Shown one piece after another: positions 26,602 to 46,632 of a stretch of 64,000 bases of DNA (the first letter of the stretch is position 1; every line of letters starts with the position of its first letter). Source of the DNA: the human T2T-CHM13v2.0 reference genome, Homo sapiens. The stretch is taken from assembly GCF_009914755.1 (NCBI RefSeq), contig NC_060929.1; one strand, 5' to 3'. Position numbers and translations under genes: made by a program. A model generated the notes under the pieces. That model saw only the letters and a list, made by a program, of their open reading frames with translations, was not told where the DNA came from and ran no database searches.

Positions 26602-26951
26602 TTCTCTACTTTAAAGCACGTTTCCTTTTTTGAAGCCAGGAGCTGGAGAGCGTGGAAAGGGAGAGGCGGTGATCGCACAGGCACGCGGCGTGGTGGGGGC
26701 TCTTGCCGGTGCAGACGTGGGCGATTTCAGCTTTAAGGAAAAGGCAGAGGGCCTGCGGGGAGTGGTGGTTAGGGACAGGGGCGCGATGGGTAGTGAAGGG
26801 GTGCAGGGAGGAGCCCTGATGTAAGAATGTTAATGAGAGACTCCCCCAGCCCAGCCCCCACATCTCCCCACCCCCACCCACCCCACCCGCTGGAAACACA
26901 AGCCCGGCCTCGGCGCGCCATGTGTGGTAACACGCTCAGCCGCTGCCACGC

Positions 26952-26959
26952 TATTTAAA
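26952..26959 (+). promoter_or_regulatory. TATA-like box (TATTTAAA) upstream of NPR3 exon 1
   Basis: Isolated AT motif inside GC-rich sequence about 490 bp upstream of the ATG. A second TATA-like TATAAA lies at 27137-27142. The TSS cannot be fixed from sequence alone. Confidence 0.45.
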
Positions 26960-27209
26960 CGCGGGCTATGGATCCAGGAACCGGCGCGAATCAATGAGAT
27001 CAAATGCGAGGGAGATGCACCGTCAATTACAAACACTTGGACAAGTCTAACTTTTTTTTTCTTCTACAAAAACGCTTTCAAAAGCAACCTTAGCAACGCC
27101 CAAATAAGAAGCCACCTCTAAGCAAAATAGTATATGTATAAACGGAGGGCGAATATATACAAGTATATATATATGTATATTACAGACGAACAGGTTTACA
27201 CCCGGTGAA

Positions 27210-27244
27210 CTTTTTCTTTTTCTTTTTCTTTTTCTTTTTTTTTT
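27210..27244 (+). repeat. (CTTTTT)5 plus T tract upstream of the NPR3 ATG
   Basis: Hexamer repeat read directly from the sequence. Confidence 0.9.
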
Positions 27245-27306
27245 AAGAAAAACTAGTGACATTGCAGAGAAGGACGCTTCCTCTCTATCTTTTGGCGCAT
27301 TAGTGA

Positions 27307-28245
<939 letters not shown>

Positions 28246-31200
28246 TAACCCAACCGCTCTCCGCGGCTCTCCCTGCACACTCGTCCACTCTGCAGACCCC
28301 ACTCCCCACTGCGGCGCTGAGGTCGGGTGCGCGCGGGCACTCGTTCAGGTATGCGCCGTGTGGCTGCGACAACCTTTGACGACCGCCCATCGCGGTGTAC
28401 GTAGAGGGTCCCAGGGAGGTGAAGGGGTTGGAGGAGAGGGCGTCTGTAGCTCCTGCGTGCCCAGGTCCAACAGGTGCTGTCAAACACTTCGATGTTTTTT
28501 CTTCCCAGTTTCCACTTTGCCAGCGCCGGGCTGGTGATTAGGGGGCGCACTCCCAGTGCCTGGCTCCATCCAGGGTCTGAAGCATCCGAGGCGGAAAGAA
28601 CTTGTTCCCCAGTCCTTTGCCAGCGTGCGCCCCCACTTAGTGCGGAAGCGTCCGCGGACGCCTCGCAGCGAGGCGTCGCCACTTAGCTCGCCCGCTCTTG
28701 GGGTTTCTCTGACTGTTGTTTCCACAGACCCCAGGTTTCTTTTAAAGGCTTGTTGACTCACTCTTCTCATTCCTTTCATTTCCCTTCCAGCCCCTTATAA
28801 ACGAGCTTCTGTGGTTTCCACCAAAAATGCCCCTGTGTGTCTGAATTCTGGCGACACTCACTTCTCCCAGAGTGTTCTGCAACGCAGTTTCTAATGCGCC
28901 CAGAGCTAAGCTTTGCGGGAGTGCCTTTTGAAGAAACGAGCGCTGAACCTTCTTTCCACCTGTCCCCCAAGTTTTCTCCATGGGTCTTTGGGTGTTGGAA
29001 TAAAACCCAAACTGGACAAAGAGCTCGAGGCTGAGGATGGTGGCTATGGCTTCGGGGAGCGGGGGGACGCGGACGTGTAATCGCCAGTGTGGCCCATTTT
29101 ACGGTAGGGTAGAATCTGAGGGAAGGCGGACTGAGATGCCGGTATAGCGCCGATCCCTCCTCCCTCTAGTCAGGGATTAGGAGCACTGCGATGAGGGAAT
29201 CCCGTCTCTGCTCCCCCTTGGCGCTCACGCGCCTGGAATGTGAGTGGTGCAATCCCGGCAAAGCTCCCCGAGACCCCAGTGCCACGCGGATGAGACCGAA
29301 GGGGAGCGGAGTTGAGCCAGGCGCCGGGCTAGTCCACAACTTGGCATGGCCGAGCACCTGGGCGCTGGTCGTAGGGGACAGCGCAACCTGAGGCCGAAGG
29401 CCCCAGGAACAGGTGAGAGTGGACAGAGAAGCCATCGATAATGGCGCTGCTGTCACCGCCTTGCCATCTTGGCCACCTCGGACTCACCCTTTAGAGCAAA
29501 GAGGCGAGAGGTGTTTGACAGTGGGAATGCATGGCCAAATTTTGAGCTCTGGAACTCCAGGCTGTCTGTGCCGAATTCCTACCAGCCAAGCAGGCGGGGC
29601 GCAGGCTTTGCCGATTATGAAAAAGGGCACGTGTGTCCAACGGCTGCGGACTTGCCACGCCTGCCACGCCTCGGCAAGGAACCCACATCTACACTCCCAA
29701 GTCCCAGTCGCCAGGTTACTGCAGCCTCCACGGGGGTGTCTGCGCCCCGGGCTGCTAAGGCTCCCGGAACCTGCTTCTCCAGTTCTCGGCTTTCGAGGGC
29801 TAGGCGCTAGAAGTCAGAGACTTCCCAAGGCCGGCTGGGACTGGGGGTGTGTCCCCCTATGGGCGAGATCCGCGGTTTGCTGACTCGTCCGTAATGTCAC
29901 TACCCTGTAGATCCCAATGTCAGCGGCTGCCCCGGCGCACGTGGCCTGGGATACAAAACCAAGGGCATGTGTGAGACCAGAGGAGGGCAGATCGCGGCCC
30001 CGGGGCCCCTCGCCCTCACAGTGGTGGCTGAGGCCTGGGGCTGGGCGGACAGCAGTGCCCTGGTGGGCCTGGGGACTGGTGCGCCCCGGGCTTCTGAGGA
30101 CTAGGGCTGCAGTCGGCTGTAAGAATTATTTTTTAATTCCAAAAGCCTCATAGACGTTCCGAAGTCTCTTTGCTTTTTTTTTTTTTTTCCAAGTTTGCAT
30201 TGAGGGGTGAAAGTTTGCTTAACTGACCTGTATATTTTACAAGTGATAAGGTTAGGATTTTACAATTCTTACTCTAAAAAGTATTTCCAACAGTGACCTG
30301 GCAGATATTTAGAAATAGGAAACAAAACAGTTTCTCCTCTAATCGTCCTCCAATCGCCTCTAATCATCCTTCCACCCCGAAATTCCTTACACTCGAGAGA
30401 AAAAGTTACTTGATAACAAAGCTCTCTTAGGGGACCTTTTAAAAATACATTGAAGTAACACAGTTACTTTACCGTAAGCACTTAATGTATTAAATAGGGC
30501 TTCGGTACATGATTGCAGTGAAGTTTCTGGCTCAGTCACCGGCTGGGGGATCTTGGACTGCTATGAAACCTCTGTACCTCGAGCTCCTTAGGTAAAGTGG
30601 GGGTAGTCAGAGCACCCACGTCTTTGGGAAACTGTGAGGGTTACAGAAGCTAACCCAGGAATGCCTGGGAGCACTGCCAGAAGAATATGAAGTGCTCAAT
30701 AAATGTGCGGTTTCATTGTAGTTATTATTTTATATATGATGATAATCACCTTTACCCCAAGGGTGAGGCCATGCCATGGGAAAGAACCCTGGGCTGAGAT
30801 GCAGATGCCTCTGGATTTGGCTGGCCTCCTTATGTGAGTTTTCTTCTCTGTGAAACAATGTGTGGGGTGAGAATCAGGCCTCTTCAAACTGATATTCTCA
30901 CCCAAGTGTGAAAATGCAACTGACAGTATTTTTGCTTTTGAAAATTCCCTATTAAGTATTATGAATTAAAGTAGAGAGAGTTCCTCCCTCTTTTGGTGAG
31001 AACATTGGTATTACTTTTTTTTTGGACTTAAGTTTCTCTTTAAAACCAAATCACAAATGTTTGAACAAGTAAAAAACTGACCGTGCCAGCATCTCAAATA
31101 ATAATGCGACTAAAATTTCACATGGCATACTGTAGAAAGAAAAACAGGGGCATCAATTATTCCTTCATTTTAAGGATTTACCATCTAAGTCAATAATTTA

Positions 31201-32184
31201 AAATCTTTTTTTTTCCTGTCATGTCTTTCGCTAATGCCACTAAAATAAACAGACCTGAGCCTATATTATTTTTAAAAACAATTATCTTTATTTAAAATAG
31301 ATTCACTTACACAGCCAGCTACTGCCCTCAATATTCCACACACTTAACAATAAATTTAGTTTTAAAAAGACAGGCTTAGAAATAATTTTTTCAAGCAATA
31401 CAAGCCAGTAGTTGTTTTGTCGATGCACTTTATATGATGCAGAACTAGAAGTATCCTAACGCAAATGTTTTTATGTGAAGAACTGTAGTTTTATCCTTTT
31501 AGTTATTAGTATGTCATTAATCTGGGCCTGCATAATGACTGTACAACATTATACAGTCTGTAGAGATAGAGATAACAGTATTTAATCAATACAAGAAACA
31601 TTTATTTTTAGAATTAGTCTGGGGTAAATGACCGAGTGGTCAATCAGCAGCATTTTTAAGGAAAGAACCCATGATAAGTGTAAAATAACTAACACAGCAG
31701 GGGAAAAAAGGAGCTTTGTAGGCTGCACTGTGGAAATTCTAAAGGCCTTTGGAGTAGATGGAGCTTTATGAACAACAGAAATAAAGATGCAATCTCCATT
31801 TTGCAAACAATATCCATTGCTATGGAGTGTAGAAACAGCCAGAGAGAAATCTTTTTTGAAAAAAGTTAGATTTACATTTTACCAAAATTTAGTTCTACAG
31901 CTATAGAAAGTGAGAAAACTACACAAGGTTTATGAGGAGAAAAAGGTTCCTGTCTCCTACTCTCCATTTTTCACTCTCAATTCTTGTTAGCTCTTCCTGT
32001 AGGTATTGACCTTCATATCTCTTAATAACATGCTACTTTTTTTTTTTTCAGTTTTAGGTCTTATCTGTTGGAATCCCAGTGGAAGAAAATTCTCTTCTTG
32101 ATCATTCTACTGCCTGTTAACCACACATGCAAGCTTTCTTTCCAGTCATCTTTCCAATATGGTTGTGCCAAAATTTTTCTCAGT

Positions 32185-32293
32185 AGGCTGAGGCAGGAGG
32201 ATTGCTTGAGTCCAAGAGTTTGAGGCTATGGATTGCCCTATTTGAATAGCCACTGCATTCCAGCCTGGGCAACATAGCTAGACCCCATCTCTT
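32185..32293 (+). mobile_element. Fossil Alu monomer (FAM-like)
   Basis: Single arm retaining the 7SL-derived tgaatagccactgcattccagcctgggcaacatagc. Confidence 0.65.
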
Positions 32294-32516
32294 ACACAAT
32301 ATTTTTTAGTTAGTTCAGTATTCAGTATAAATATTATCATTACTTTCTAAATGATATTTAAGGTTAAGTCACATAGGCTTCTATGTTGACATTTCCTTTT
32401 TTCCCCCTACCTATTTTCCTTGGAGTTAAAACAGTCTGTTTTTGTTTATTTGCTTAATTTCCTATGGATTTATAATTAAATAATCTTCTAATTCTTTATT
32501 TTAAATCTCCTGAGTG

Positions 32517-34860
<2,344 letters not shown>

Positions 34861-36369
34861 TTATTTTCTAGGTATTTTGCACAATTGCCACTCTGGGTTC
34901 TTCAACATCTTCCTGGGACTTCCATCACCTCTCTGTTGAGCTAGATCCCTGTGTGTTTCTCTTTTTTCATTATGTTTTTGTTTTGTTGGACCACATCCTC
35001 CAAGAGCTTTCTGAGAAAGGATGAATAAGGCCTAAATTTTGAGAGGTTTTGTGATTGAAAAATTTTCATCATACCTTTACACATAGTTATAGTATTCTAG
35101 GTTGGAAATAATTTTCCCTCGAATTGTGACAGTATTGCTTTACTGTCTTCTAAATTCTAACATTGCTATTAGAAAGCTGGAATCAGTTTGGATTCTGAAC
35201 TTATAGTTCATTGCTTTGCTTTCCTGGAAATTTTTAGAATGTTCTCCTCTTCCTTGTGTACTCAATAGGCCTCTTTTATCCAGAAACTCACATCTTTTAA
35301 TTCTGGGAATACTTCTTAAGTTATTTCTGTGATAATTGTATCCTTTTCATTTTCTCTATTTCCTATTTCTAAGTTTCTTTCTTATTTGGATGCTAGACCT
35401 CTTGGATTGATCTTCTACTTTTCTTACCTTCTATTTACCACCTATGTTGTTGTTTTTTTTTTTTTTTGTAATTCATCTTGTTTGGATATTTCCTTGGCCA
35501 CTTTTAAAGTTACTGTTGAGTTTTTCATTTTTGGTATCACATTTTCAGTGTGCAGGACATGGCATACTCTGCTTTGCTTCCATGCAGTGATATCCCTCTT
35601 TTCCTTCTAAATTTGTAATTAACTGGAAGATGGGTACAGTAACCAGATGGAGAATATGAATATATCCTTATTATTGATAAAAGCAGTTGAACATGGATTT
35701 AGATCTATTTCCAAAAGGGCCTGCTTGCTATTACTTCCTCCCAGAATTAGGCAGGAATATCTATTAAATCACATATAGTGCCATTTAGCTGCAAATCTCC
35801 CCTGCTAACTCTTGACCATGTGACAAAAGAAGCCCATGATGTGTGCTTTCTGCAAACAGCCACAACCCAAAGAAGAGGGAAGAAAAGACTGAGCCAGCAT
35901 ACTCAGTTTTAGGCTCAACAATCAGACATTTCACTTCTTTTCCTCTTGTTGCGGGTGAGGGGAGTGTAAATGAAAGCACATTGAGAGATGAGAAATGTTA
36001 GCACATTAGAGGTTTCTCCCAATGAAAACTTGAGATTTTGGAAATAAGTATCCCCCCAATTCAGGGATACTACCTGGAATGTTTTTGATTCTCTGAATTG
36101 ACTTCTATAGCTACCTCTTCGCATTTCTCTCTGCTGTTCTTAGAGTGATTGCAAGAACATGATGCAATAGTGAGAAGCCATTTACAGAAGTCACTGTGGG
36201 AACCAGATGATGGAGGGTGGCATGGAACATTGAAAGTTCTTTGGCAAGGAGGAGGAAATAGAGTAGAATGAAGAAAAGTCTATACATAAAGTTACAGTTA
36301 CACCATCATTCCCTCTTTTAGAATTTTAACAATGCGACCCAAAATTAATATTTATATATTAACTATACT

Positions 36370-36880
36370 GAGATACAACAAAAACTGCCTTAATTAACCT
36401 CCACTTATGCAGGTCGCAGGATTAGCTGATGTCCTCTGTTCTCTATAAATCTTATCACCTGTTGGTAGGTGCTGGCAGCTAGTATAGTTCTCCTGAATAT
36501 GCTGCACACTTCTCATACTTCTTCATATACTTTCTAAGAGTTGTCCACAAATTTGTTGATGCTGGTTGTGCTTATTATGATAAATATGTAATTTAATTAG
36601 TTATTATATAAATTGATGAAACATAAGCAGGAAAAGAAAGTTATTTTAATTAAAACTGTTCTAAACCTTTTGATTGTATAAAGGCAAGTTACTAAAAATA
36701 CTTGCTGTTCAATTAGGCATGAGTGAGACAACCCTAAGAGATTGGGGAGCATCATAAAAATCTAGGATCATGCACTCTGACTACTTTGCAAGTGTCATTA
36801 GGTGCTTGCTCCAGTTTGAACTGGAACTGGATGATAATGTGCATTATGTGTTTGGTTCATTCAAGAAAGACAGTGCTCTG
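36370..36880 (+). mobile_element. Ancient Tigger/pogo-like transposon remnant
   Basis: Degenerate N-terminal HTH-like coding (gaaaagaaagttatt...ttaggcatgagtgagacaaccctaagagattgg, reading LGMSETTLRDW). Confidence 0.45.
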
Positions 36881-37045
36881 CTCATGAACTTGGAAATTAG
36901 GGCTTCCTTTTGAATCTTAAATCACATGGCCAACACAAAATGGATAAGATCTAAAATAATCAAAATCTGCTTAGATAGACACAGTGCCACTCTATGTCTC
37001 TTTTGCTCAGTCTAAGTGGCTACTAACATTTACAGAAAGAAGGTA

Positions 37046-37360
37046 GGCTGGGCGTGGTGGCTCATGCCTGTAATCTCAGCACTTTGGGAGGCCCACGGTG
37101 GGCCGATCACTTAGCCTGGCCAACATGACAAAACTCTATCTATACAAAAAGAACGAAAATTAGCCGGGTGTGGTAACATGCACCTGTAGTCTCAGTTACT
37201 TGGGAGGTGCTGAGGTGGGAGGATCGCTTGAGCCCAGGAGATGGAGGTTGCAGTGAGCTAAGACTGAGCCACTGCACTCTTGTCCGGGTGACAGAGTGAG
37301 AGTCTGTCTCCAAACAAATGAACCAGCAAACAAAATAACAACAGAAAAGAAAACAAAGAA
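37046..37360 (+). mobile_element. Alu (J-like) with a left-arm internal deletion
   Basis: The junction gatcacttagcctggccaac lacks the B-box segment; tail has decayed to aaac repeats. Confidence 0.88.
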
Positions 37361-37395
37361 TGTGTCCATCAGAAGGACTTGGTGGTGGTGGGGTA

Positions 37396-37769
37396 TGTCT
37401 TAGTTTGTTTTCTGTTGCTATGACAAAATGCCACAGACTGCATAATTTGTAAAGAAAAGAAGTTTATTTAGCTTATGGTTCTAGAGGCTAGGAAGTCCAA
37501 GAGCATGGTGCTGGCATCTTGTGAGGACCTTCTTGCTGTGTCATAACACTATGAAAGGCATCACATGGTGAGAGAGCAAATGTGTGCCAGCTCAGGTCTC
37601 TCTTCCTCTTCTTCTAAACTGCCAGTCCCATCTTAGGGGACCCAACCTGGTGACCTTATCTAATCATAAGTATCTACCAAAGGCCCCATCTCCAAATACC
37701 ACCAACAAATGATTTTGAGCATTAAGTTTTCAACACATGAAATCTGGGGGACACAACCAAACCATAGCA
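37396..37769 (-). mobile_element. MST (C/D-like) solo LTR
   Basis: tgtcttagtttgttttctgttgctatgacaaaatgccacagactg ... aaaccatagca. Confidence 0.8.
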
Positions 37770-39344
37770 GGAAGAGAGAGAAGGAGATGGGCCGGGAATG
37801 TAAAAATAGAAAAAAAAAGTACCACAGAAGCCAATGTTTAGGGAAACTTCAGGCAAAGTTTAGGAAAGCTTGTCCTCTGGTCCTTGGACCCTGCCTGTTT
37901 GGTCCTGGACCAGATATATCTCTTAGATGGATGCCTAGGGTCATCAAGTTCTGGTGCCTTTGACATCTGAATCCTCTACTGGCCTCCCTGATTCTGATTT
38001 CATCCTTACTTGCATCCTACTGCTTATAATTTGTCTCTCCAGTTAGCATGCTCAGGTACAGGGCATGTTGACACAAATATATTCATAACCATCCTGGACC
38101 TCATTGAATTTAAACAGTATGCATTTCAGATTACCTATACATATCTGAGTTAGGTTATTGGAAACTTGCCCCTAAGCAATGACTCTACTCTCTATATGTT
38201 GACAGAATCAGGTTCTGCATCTTGGGACTGAGAGCCAGACCCTGGACTATGATCACTTGATCGAAAAATGATGAGGGCTGCTTGGTGGCCAGTCAGCCAG
38301 AACTTCCCGGAACCTCCTGGAGACATCCACTCTTGGAATCCACATTCTTCAAACTTGTCCAGCCTCAGTCCCTTGTTGAATGTTTTATGGGACACCCTGG
38401 CTCTTTGTTCATTTAAGAGGCTAGAATCAAATCAGAGGTGAAACAAGGGTCTAAATCATAACAAATAATTAGGAGTTTCTTTGAAAACTTTCTTACTGAG
38501 GCATCTTGGAATTGATTATTTATTCCAAATGTATACCTATACTTTCAGGCAGAAGCAACACCTACTCCCATACTTGTAGATCTTTAATATTTGTACTGTT
38601 TTAAAAACTTTTTCTCTAGAGCTTTTATGCTGTACACCGAGCCCTTTTGGGGTATGAAATGTCAGAGTCATGATCTAACACTGAATTAACGTGCGCAGTA
38701 AACTAAATATCAACAAGAACCCAACCTCCATGCAGGTTGCCAAGGCCGCTTTGGCATAGCCTGAAGTTTGTTTTATGTCTTTCAGCACCCATGCTTTTAC
38801 AAAGAACATACACATCTTGGAGGGCTGGCATGCATCGTGATAATGCGGTTTATAGCACCCAGGTCTCTCCAGGTCTCTCTGCACAGTATGTGTGCAGCAA
38901 AACACAGTGGTACCGGTCATGGAGACCTGGGTCTATCAACAGGGATCAAATAGACTGGGTAATGGTCAAGCCCTACTTCATTCTAGGCTGTGTAGCCCTT
39001 ATGTGGTAGGCAACAATATCCAATTCGAGAGGCTCTCAAGTTGTGTGAAGCCTCTTGAATCCAACAGTGTGGATATAAACTGAGAGAACATGAGAGAGAT
39101 ACCTGGAATCTTACAAACGATTTCTTATGTATGTTGAGACAACCTGAAAATAATGTTTTAAAATTCAAACAGCAGAAAGCTTGTAGCACCCTCTGAATCC
39201 TCTGATTTGCTAAGTGAATGTTCTCTCTAAAATCATTAAGTTTGCTTTTTCAGGACAATGCATTTACCATGCTATTAAGTATAAAAAGCAGTTGACAATT
39301 TTCACTATCTTATATCCGGCAAATCTGGTGATTTATTTGATGCA

Positions 39345-40944
<1,600 letters not shown>

Positions 40945-42793
40945 AAGAGGGTTGTGAGAAAGATTCAGAAATTTGAGTTATGTCCATAAATGTGATTTCC
41001 ATAAATGCAATTTTGGAAATTTGTGACTCTGAACACTCCTACAGCTTCTCAAAAATTTCTTGAATTTGCTTCATCTCCAACAATTCAATTGGAGCAAAAA
41101 GATATCATGTACCTATGATGTCAAGACACCTGTCTGGGTATGAGCGTAGCCCACTCCTGCACTCCAAATGGTCATAAATCCAGGCCCCAAAGACCTCTTG
41201 TCCAGTGCTTTTCCAACTGCACATTGCAATCATCATGATACCATCATGATCAGAATAATTTCAGTGAGATTTGGGCAGAATTTTTAATAGAATGGAATAG
41301 ACTAGAACATAACACTACTGAATAGGTGAAGTGTGTCACACTTAGCATGTGTATTGTTTTAGAAAGCTTTTACTTTAGTAATATTATTGCACATTTGTGT
41401 GTATATGTGCATGTTACACCTATGTTTACAGTGGGTCACAGTGTGAAATAAAATAACTGTTACTGCAAATTGAGGTACAAATCATTTGAAAGCCACTGCT
41501 CCCAGTCCCCTCTTTCTTCCAGATTACTGCACCTTAAACCTCTCCTATACAGAAGTTGTGAACCACCAATGTATAGAGTTGAAAGCATTTAATTCCCTAT
41601 AATGAATCTGGGGAACTTTGCAGGGTTCCTGTCATGGAGGGTGTTTAAGGAGATCATAAAGATAACAGGTACAAGACATTTCTCCCCCAAATGTGGTTAG
41701 GGCTCTCTCTGAAGCAGACAGCATCGGGCTACAGAACATTTTCTCAAACGCTGCATGCTGGCTGCTCAGAGCGGAGCAGTTGTAGGGGAAGTGTAAGTGT
41801 GTATATCACAAATGGCATGTTTATACTGAGCTTCACTTCCCAGTTCTTGCTGATGAGATATAGTTGGACAGGATCTAAACCTTAAAACATACTCCCCGGT
41901 TTCCTGCCCTGATATCCTGGCTTACTGGAGCAGTACATCATTGTGCATATACAGATAATAAAACACGCTTATCATGGAGATAAAGAAAAGTTGATGAAAC
42001 AAAAGTAGCCACTGCTTCCTGTAGTGGATAAAATTAGAGATTTGAGGCTTGCAAGATAAACACCCTAGTTTGCCCTCCTTCCTGCCATGATGGTCTTTTC
42101 CCCTCTGTTTTACACAAGCAGAGTGGTGCTTTCACTTCTTCACTCAAGATCAGAATGTAGTTTTACTATGGGCTGCAGGGTTGAGTTCATTGAAATGGTG
42201 GTAGAAACTGGTGAAAATGAAAAACATGTATGCTGAGTTTTGCAAGTTGGCAACTACAAATACAGAGTTTAGAGGCAGTGCATGTGAATTTAGAGGCATG
42301 AGGTCTGGCAAGTACCTGATATAAATGTTAGGTACTAGAATTCCTCTTATCCACAGATAAAGCTTTTATTACTTTTCCCTGTTAATTACAATACATGAGT
42401 ATTGTAGACAATTTAGAAAACATAGAAAAGCACAGGAAAGAAAACAAGTTACCATAATTCTGCCACACAGACAAAAGTACACTGATAATTTTTGGAAGTA
42501 TGTACATCCTGCCTATTTTATAAATACATGTTTTACAAAAATATTCTTCAATATATTGATCATACTATTTATGGTATGGCTACATGTTCTTTTATAATGT
42601 TGATAGTCATCTTTTATAAGTCTTATTTCTCAATATTGATGTTGTTCCCAGCTTTTTGCTATTAAGAACAATGCTGTGTTGAGTGTACATACGCACATAC
42701 ACTTTCTCTCTCACATATTTATACATATATATTATCTGTAAAATAAATTTCTAGAAGTGGAATTGTTGGCTCAAAGGTTATGTGCATTTAATG

Positions 42794-43097
42794 TTTTGTT
42801 TTCTTTTTTTGAGACAGGATCTCACCCTGTTGCCCAGGCTGGAGTACAGAGGCGTGATCTTGGCTCACTGTAGCCTCAACACCATGGGCTCAAGTGATCC
42901 TTCTACCTCAGCCTCCTGAGTAGCTGGGACTACAGGCATGTGCCACCATGCCTGGTTACTTTCTCTTATTTTCTTTAGAGACAGGGTTTCATCTTGTTGC
43001 CCAGGCTGGGCTCGAACTCCTGGGCTCAAGTGATCTGCCTGCCTCAGCCTCCCAAAATCCAAAGGGACTACAAGCATGAGCTACCATGCTGCCTGCC
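42794..43097 (-). mobile_element. AluJ
   Basis: Reverse dimeric Alu with gggctcaagtgatcc in both arms. Confidence 0.9.
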
Positions 43098-43833
43098 ATT
43101 TAGGTTTTGATAGATATTGTCCATTTTTACTTTTGCAGCAAAGTATGTGATTATCTGTTTTCCTGTAGCCTTGTCAAGCCTGTATAATCTTTTACCTTAT
43201 TTTATTTAATTGAATTTCTTTTTATGTTTATAAGCAAAGTTTTGCAGTTTTCTCATTTATATTGTGCATTATTCTTGCTGAGTTTGTTCTTAGTATTTTA
43301 TGTTTTTTGGTTGTTATTATGATCATGATCTTTTCCTGTTGTATTTTGGAATGGTATTTATGTAGAGAAGCAATGAGTTCTTGTTTATTTATTTTGCAAG
43401 AATTCTACTTATTAAATCCTCTGCTCTAATAGTTTTTATATCATTTCAAATAACAATGACAGTTTTTTTCTCTGTTTTGATAGTTGAACATCCTATTTCT
43501 TATTCTTTTCTTATTGCATTGGCAAGAACTTCCAGAATAATATCATATAACAGGGGTGATACTTTAAATTTTGACTTCTGTCATGAAGTAGATGGTAAAG
43601 TATCCTTTTATTCCTAGTTTATCAAGTCTGATTTTTAAAATCAGAAATGAATATTGAATAATATCAAATGCATTTGACCTGTTCTCTTAATACATTTTAA
43701 AATATTGGGCCACCATGGCATTCTTGGAATCAAGTGTACTTTGTCATGATGATTTTTCAAAAGATATATTGTTGAGTTTAAGTTTTTAGTGTTTTATTTA
43801 GGGTTTTGGGTCTATATTCATGAGTGAGATTCA

Positions 43834-44210
<377 letters not shown>

Positions 44211-44399
44211 TTAATTGAGATACTTTCCATTGTTTTCCATGCTCTATAACAATTTTGATACCATAGGAATATTCCTTGAAATAAGAAAACAGCTCAACTC
44301 TGTATTTGCACCTAACTTCTTTCTGGAGGTAATTTTTGGACAACTTTAAAAGACCCTTCTATAATGAAATAATTTCAGATATAAAAAACTTGCAAAAAA

Positions 44400-45133
<734 letters not shown>

Positions 45134-45149
45134 ATAGAGACTTCGTGTA

Positions 45150-45496
45150 CAGTTATGTGTTGCTTAATGATGAAGATACATTCTGAGAAATGAGTGGTTA
45201 GGCAGTTTCATCATTGTATGAACACCATAGGTTTTCATACAAACCTAAATGGCAGATAGCTTACTACACACCTATGCTACATGGTATAGCTTATTGCTCC
45301 TAGGCTATAAACCTATACAGCAAGTTACTGTACTGAGTACTGTAGGCAATTATAGCATGATGGTATTTGGGTATCTAAACATAGATTCTATCTAAGTATA
45401 GAAAAGGTATAGTAAAAATACAGTTTTATAATATTCTGAGACTGCTGTCATATATGTTGTTTGTCATTGACTGAAATGTTATATGGGGCATGACTG
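45150..45496. mobile_element. Tigger3a/MER7-like MITE
   Basis: TA-flanked TIRs TA-cagttatg...catgactg-TA; gatacattctgagaaatg motif. Confidence 0.8.
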
Positions 45497-45757
45497 TACA
45501 TATTTTACCAAGCTTCCTCTAATGTTACCAAATAACCATAGTACAATTATCAAAACAGGGAAATTAACATTGGCACAATATTACTAACTAAACTACAGGC
45601 CTATTTGAAATTTACCACTTCTCCTCCTAATGTTCTTTTTCTGTTCCAGGATCCAATCCAGGATCTCACACTGCCATTTAGTTGTTGTGTCTCCTTTATC
45701 TCCTCCACTATGTGATAGTTCCTCAGTCTTTCCTTGTCTTTCATGACTTTGACACTT

Positions 45758-46632
45758 AAAAAAAAAGTTTTCACTATGACCAAGCGGGGTTTATCCCAGG
45801 GATGCAAAGTTGGTTGTATATTTGAAAAGCAATCAACTTAATCCATCAAATTAAGGAAGTTAAAAAAAAAAGGTCACATGATCATATCAATAGATACAGA
45901 ACAAGCTTTTAACAAAATTCAACACTCATTCATGATTTTAAAAATAAAAAATAAAAAATTATAAAACCAGGAACATAGGGGAACCTGCTTAGGTTGACAA
46001 AGAACACCTACAAAAACCTCGCAGCTGATATCACAATTAATGGTGAAAGACTGAATGCTTTTCCCATAATACAGGAAACTAAGCAAGGATGTTCACTTTC
46101 ATTACTCATTCAATTTGCCACTGGGGGTTCTAGCCAGATAAACAGGGCAAGAAATGAAAATAAAAAGCATACAGTTTGGAAAAGAAGAAAAAATCTGCTG
46201 TTTTGTGCAGATGTCATGGCTGTCTATGTAGAGAATCCCAAATAATCTAGAAAAATTCCTTAAAGCTAATTAATGAGTTTAGCAAGGTCCCACCATACAG
46301 GTTCAACATACAAAAATCACTTGTGTTTCTATATTCTAGCAATGAACATGTAGATGCCAAAATCAACAATATAATATCATTTAGTCAAAAAAGAAATACT
46401 TAAAAAATGTAAATTAAAAAATGTCTAAGTTTTTTTGCTGAAAACTACAAAACACTGATGAAACCACTAATGAAAGAAATAAAAAAATCTGTATTAATGA
46501 GAGACATACCTTGTTCATGAATTGGAAGACTCAACATGGTAAAGAAGACAATTTTTTCTTACATTGAGGTTAAATAAATATCTTACAAAAATTTCAACAA
46601 GATTTTTTTTAGATGTAAGGAAGATTATTCTA
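45758..46632 (+). mobile_element. Internal ORF2 (RT region) fragment of an old L1, inserted into an L1MC-type element
   Basis: ORF remnant NGERLNAFPIIQETKQGCSLS...CADVMAVYVENPK; flanked by the direct repeat actttgacactt. Confidence 0.8.
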
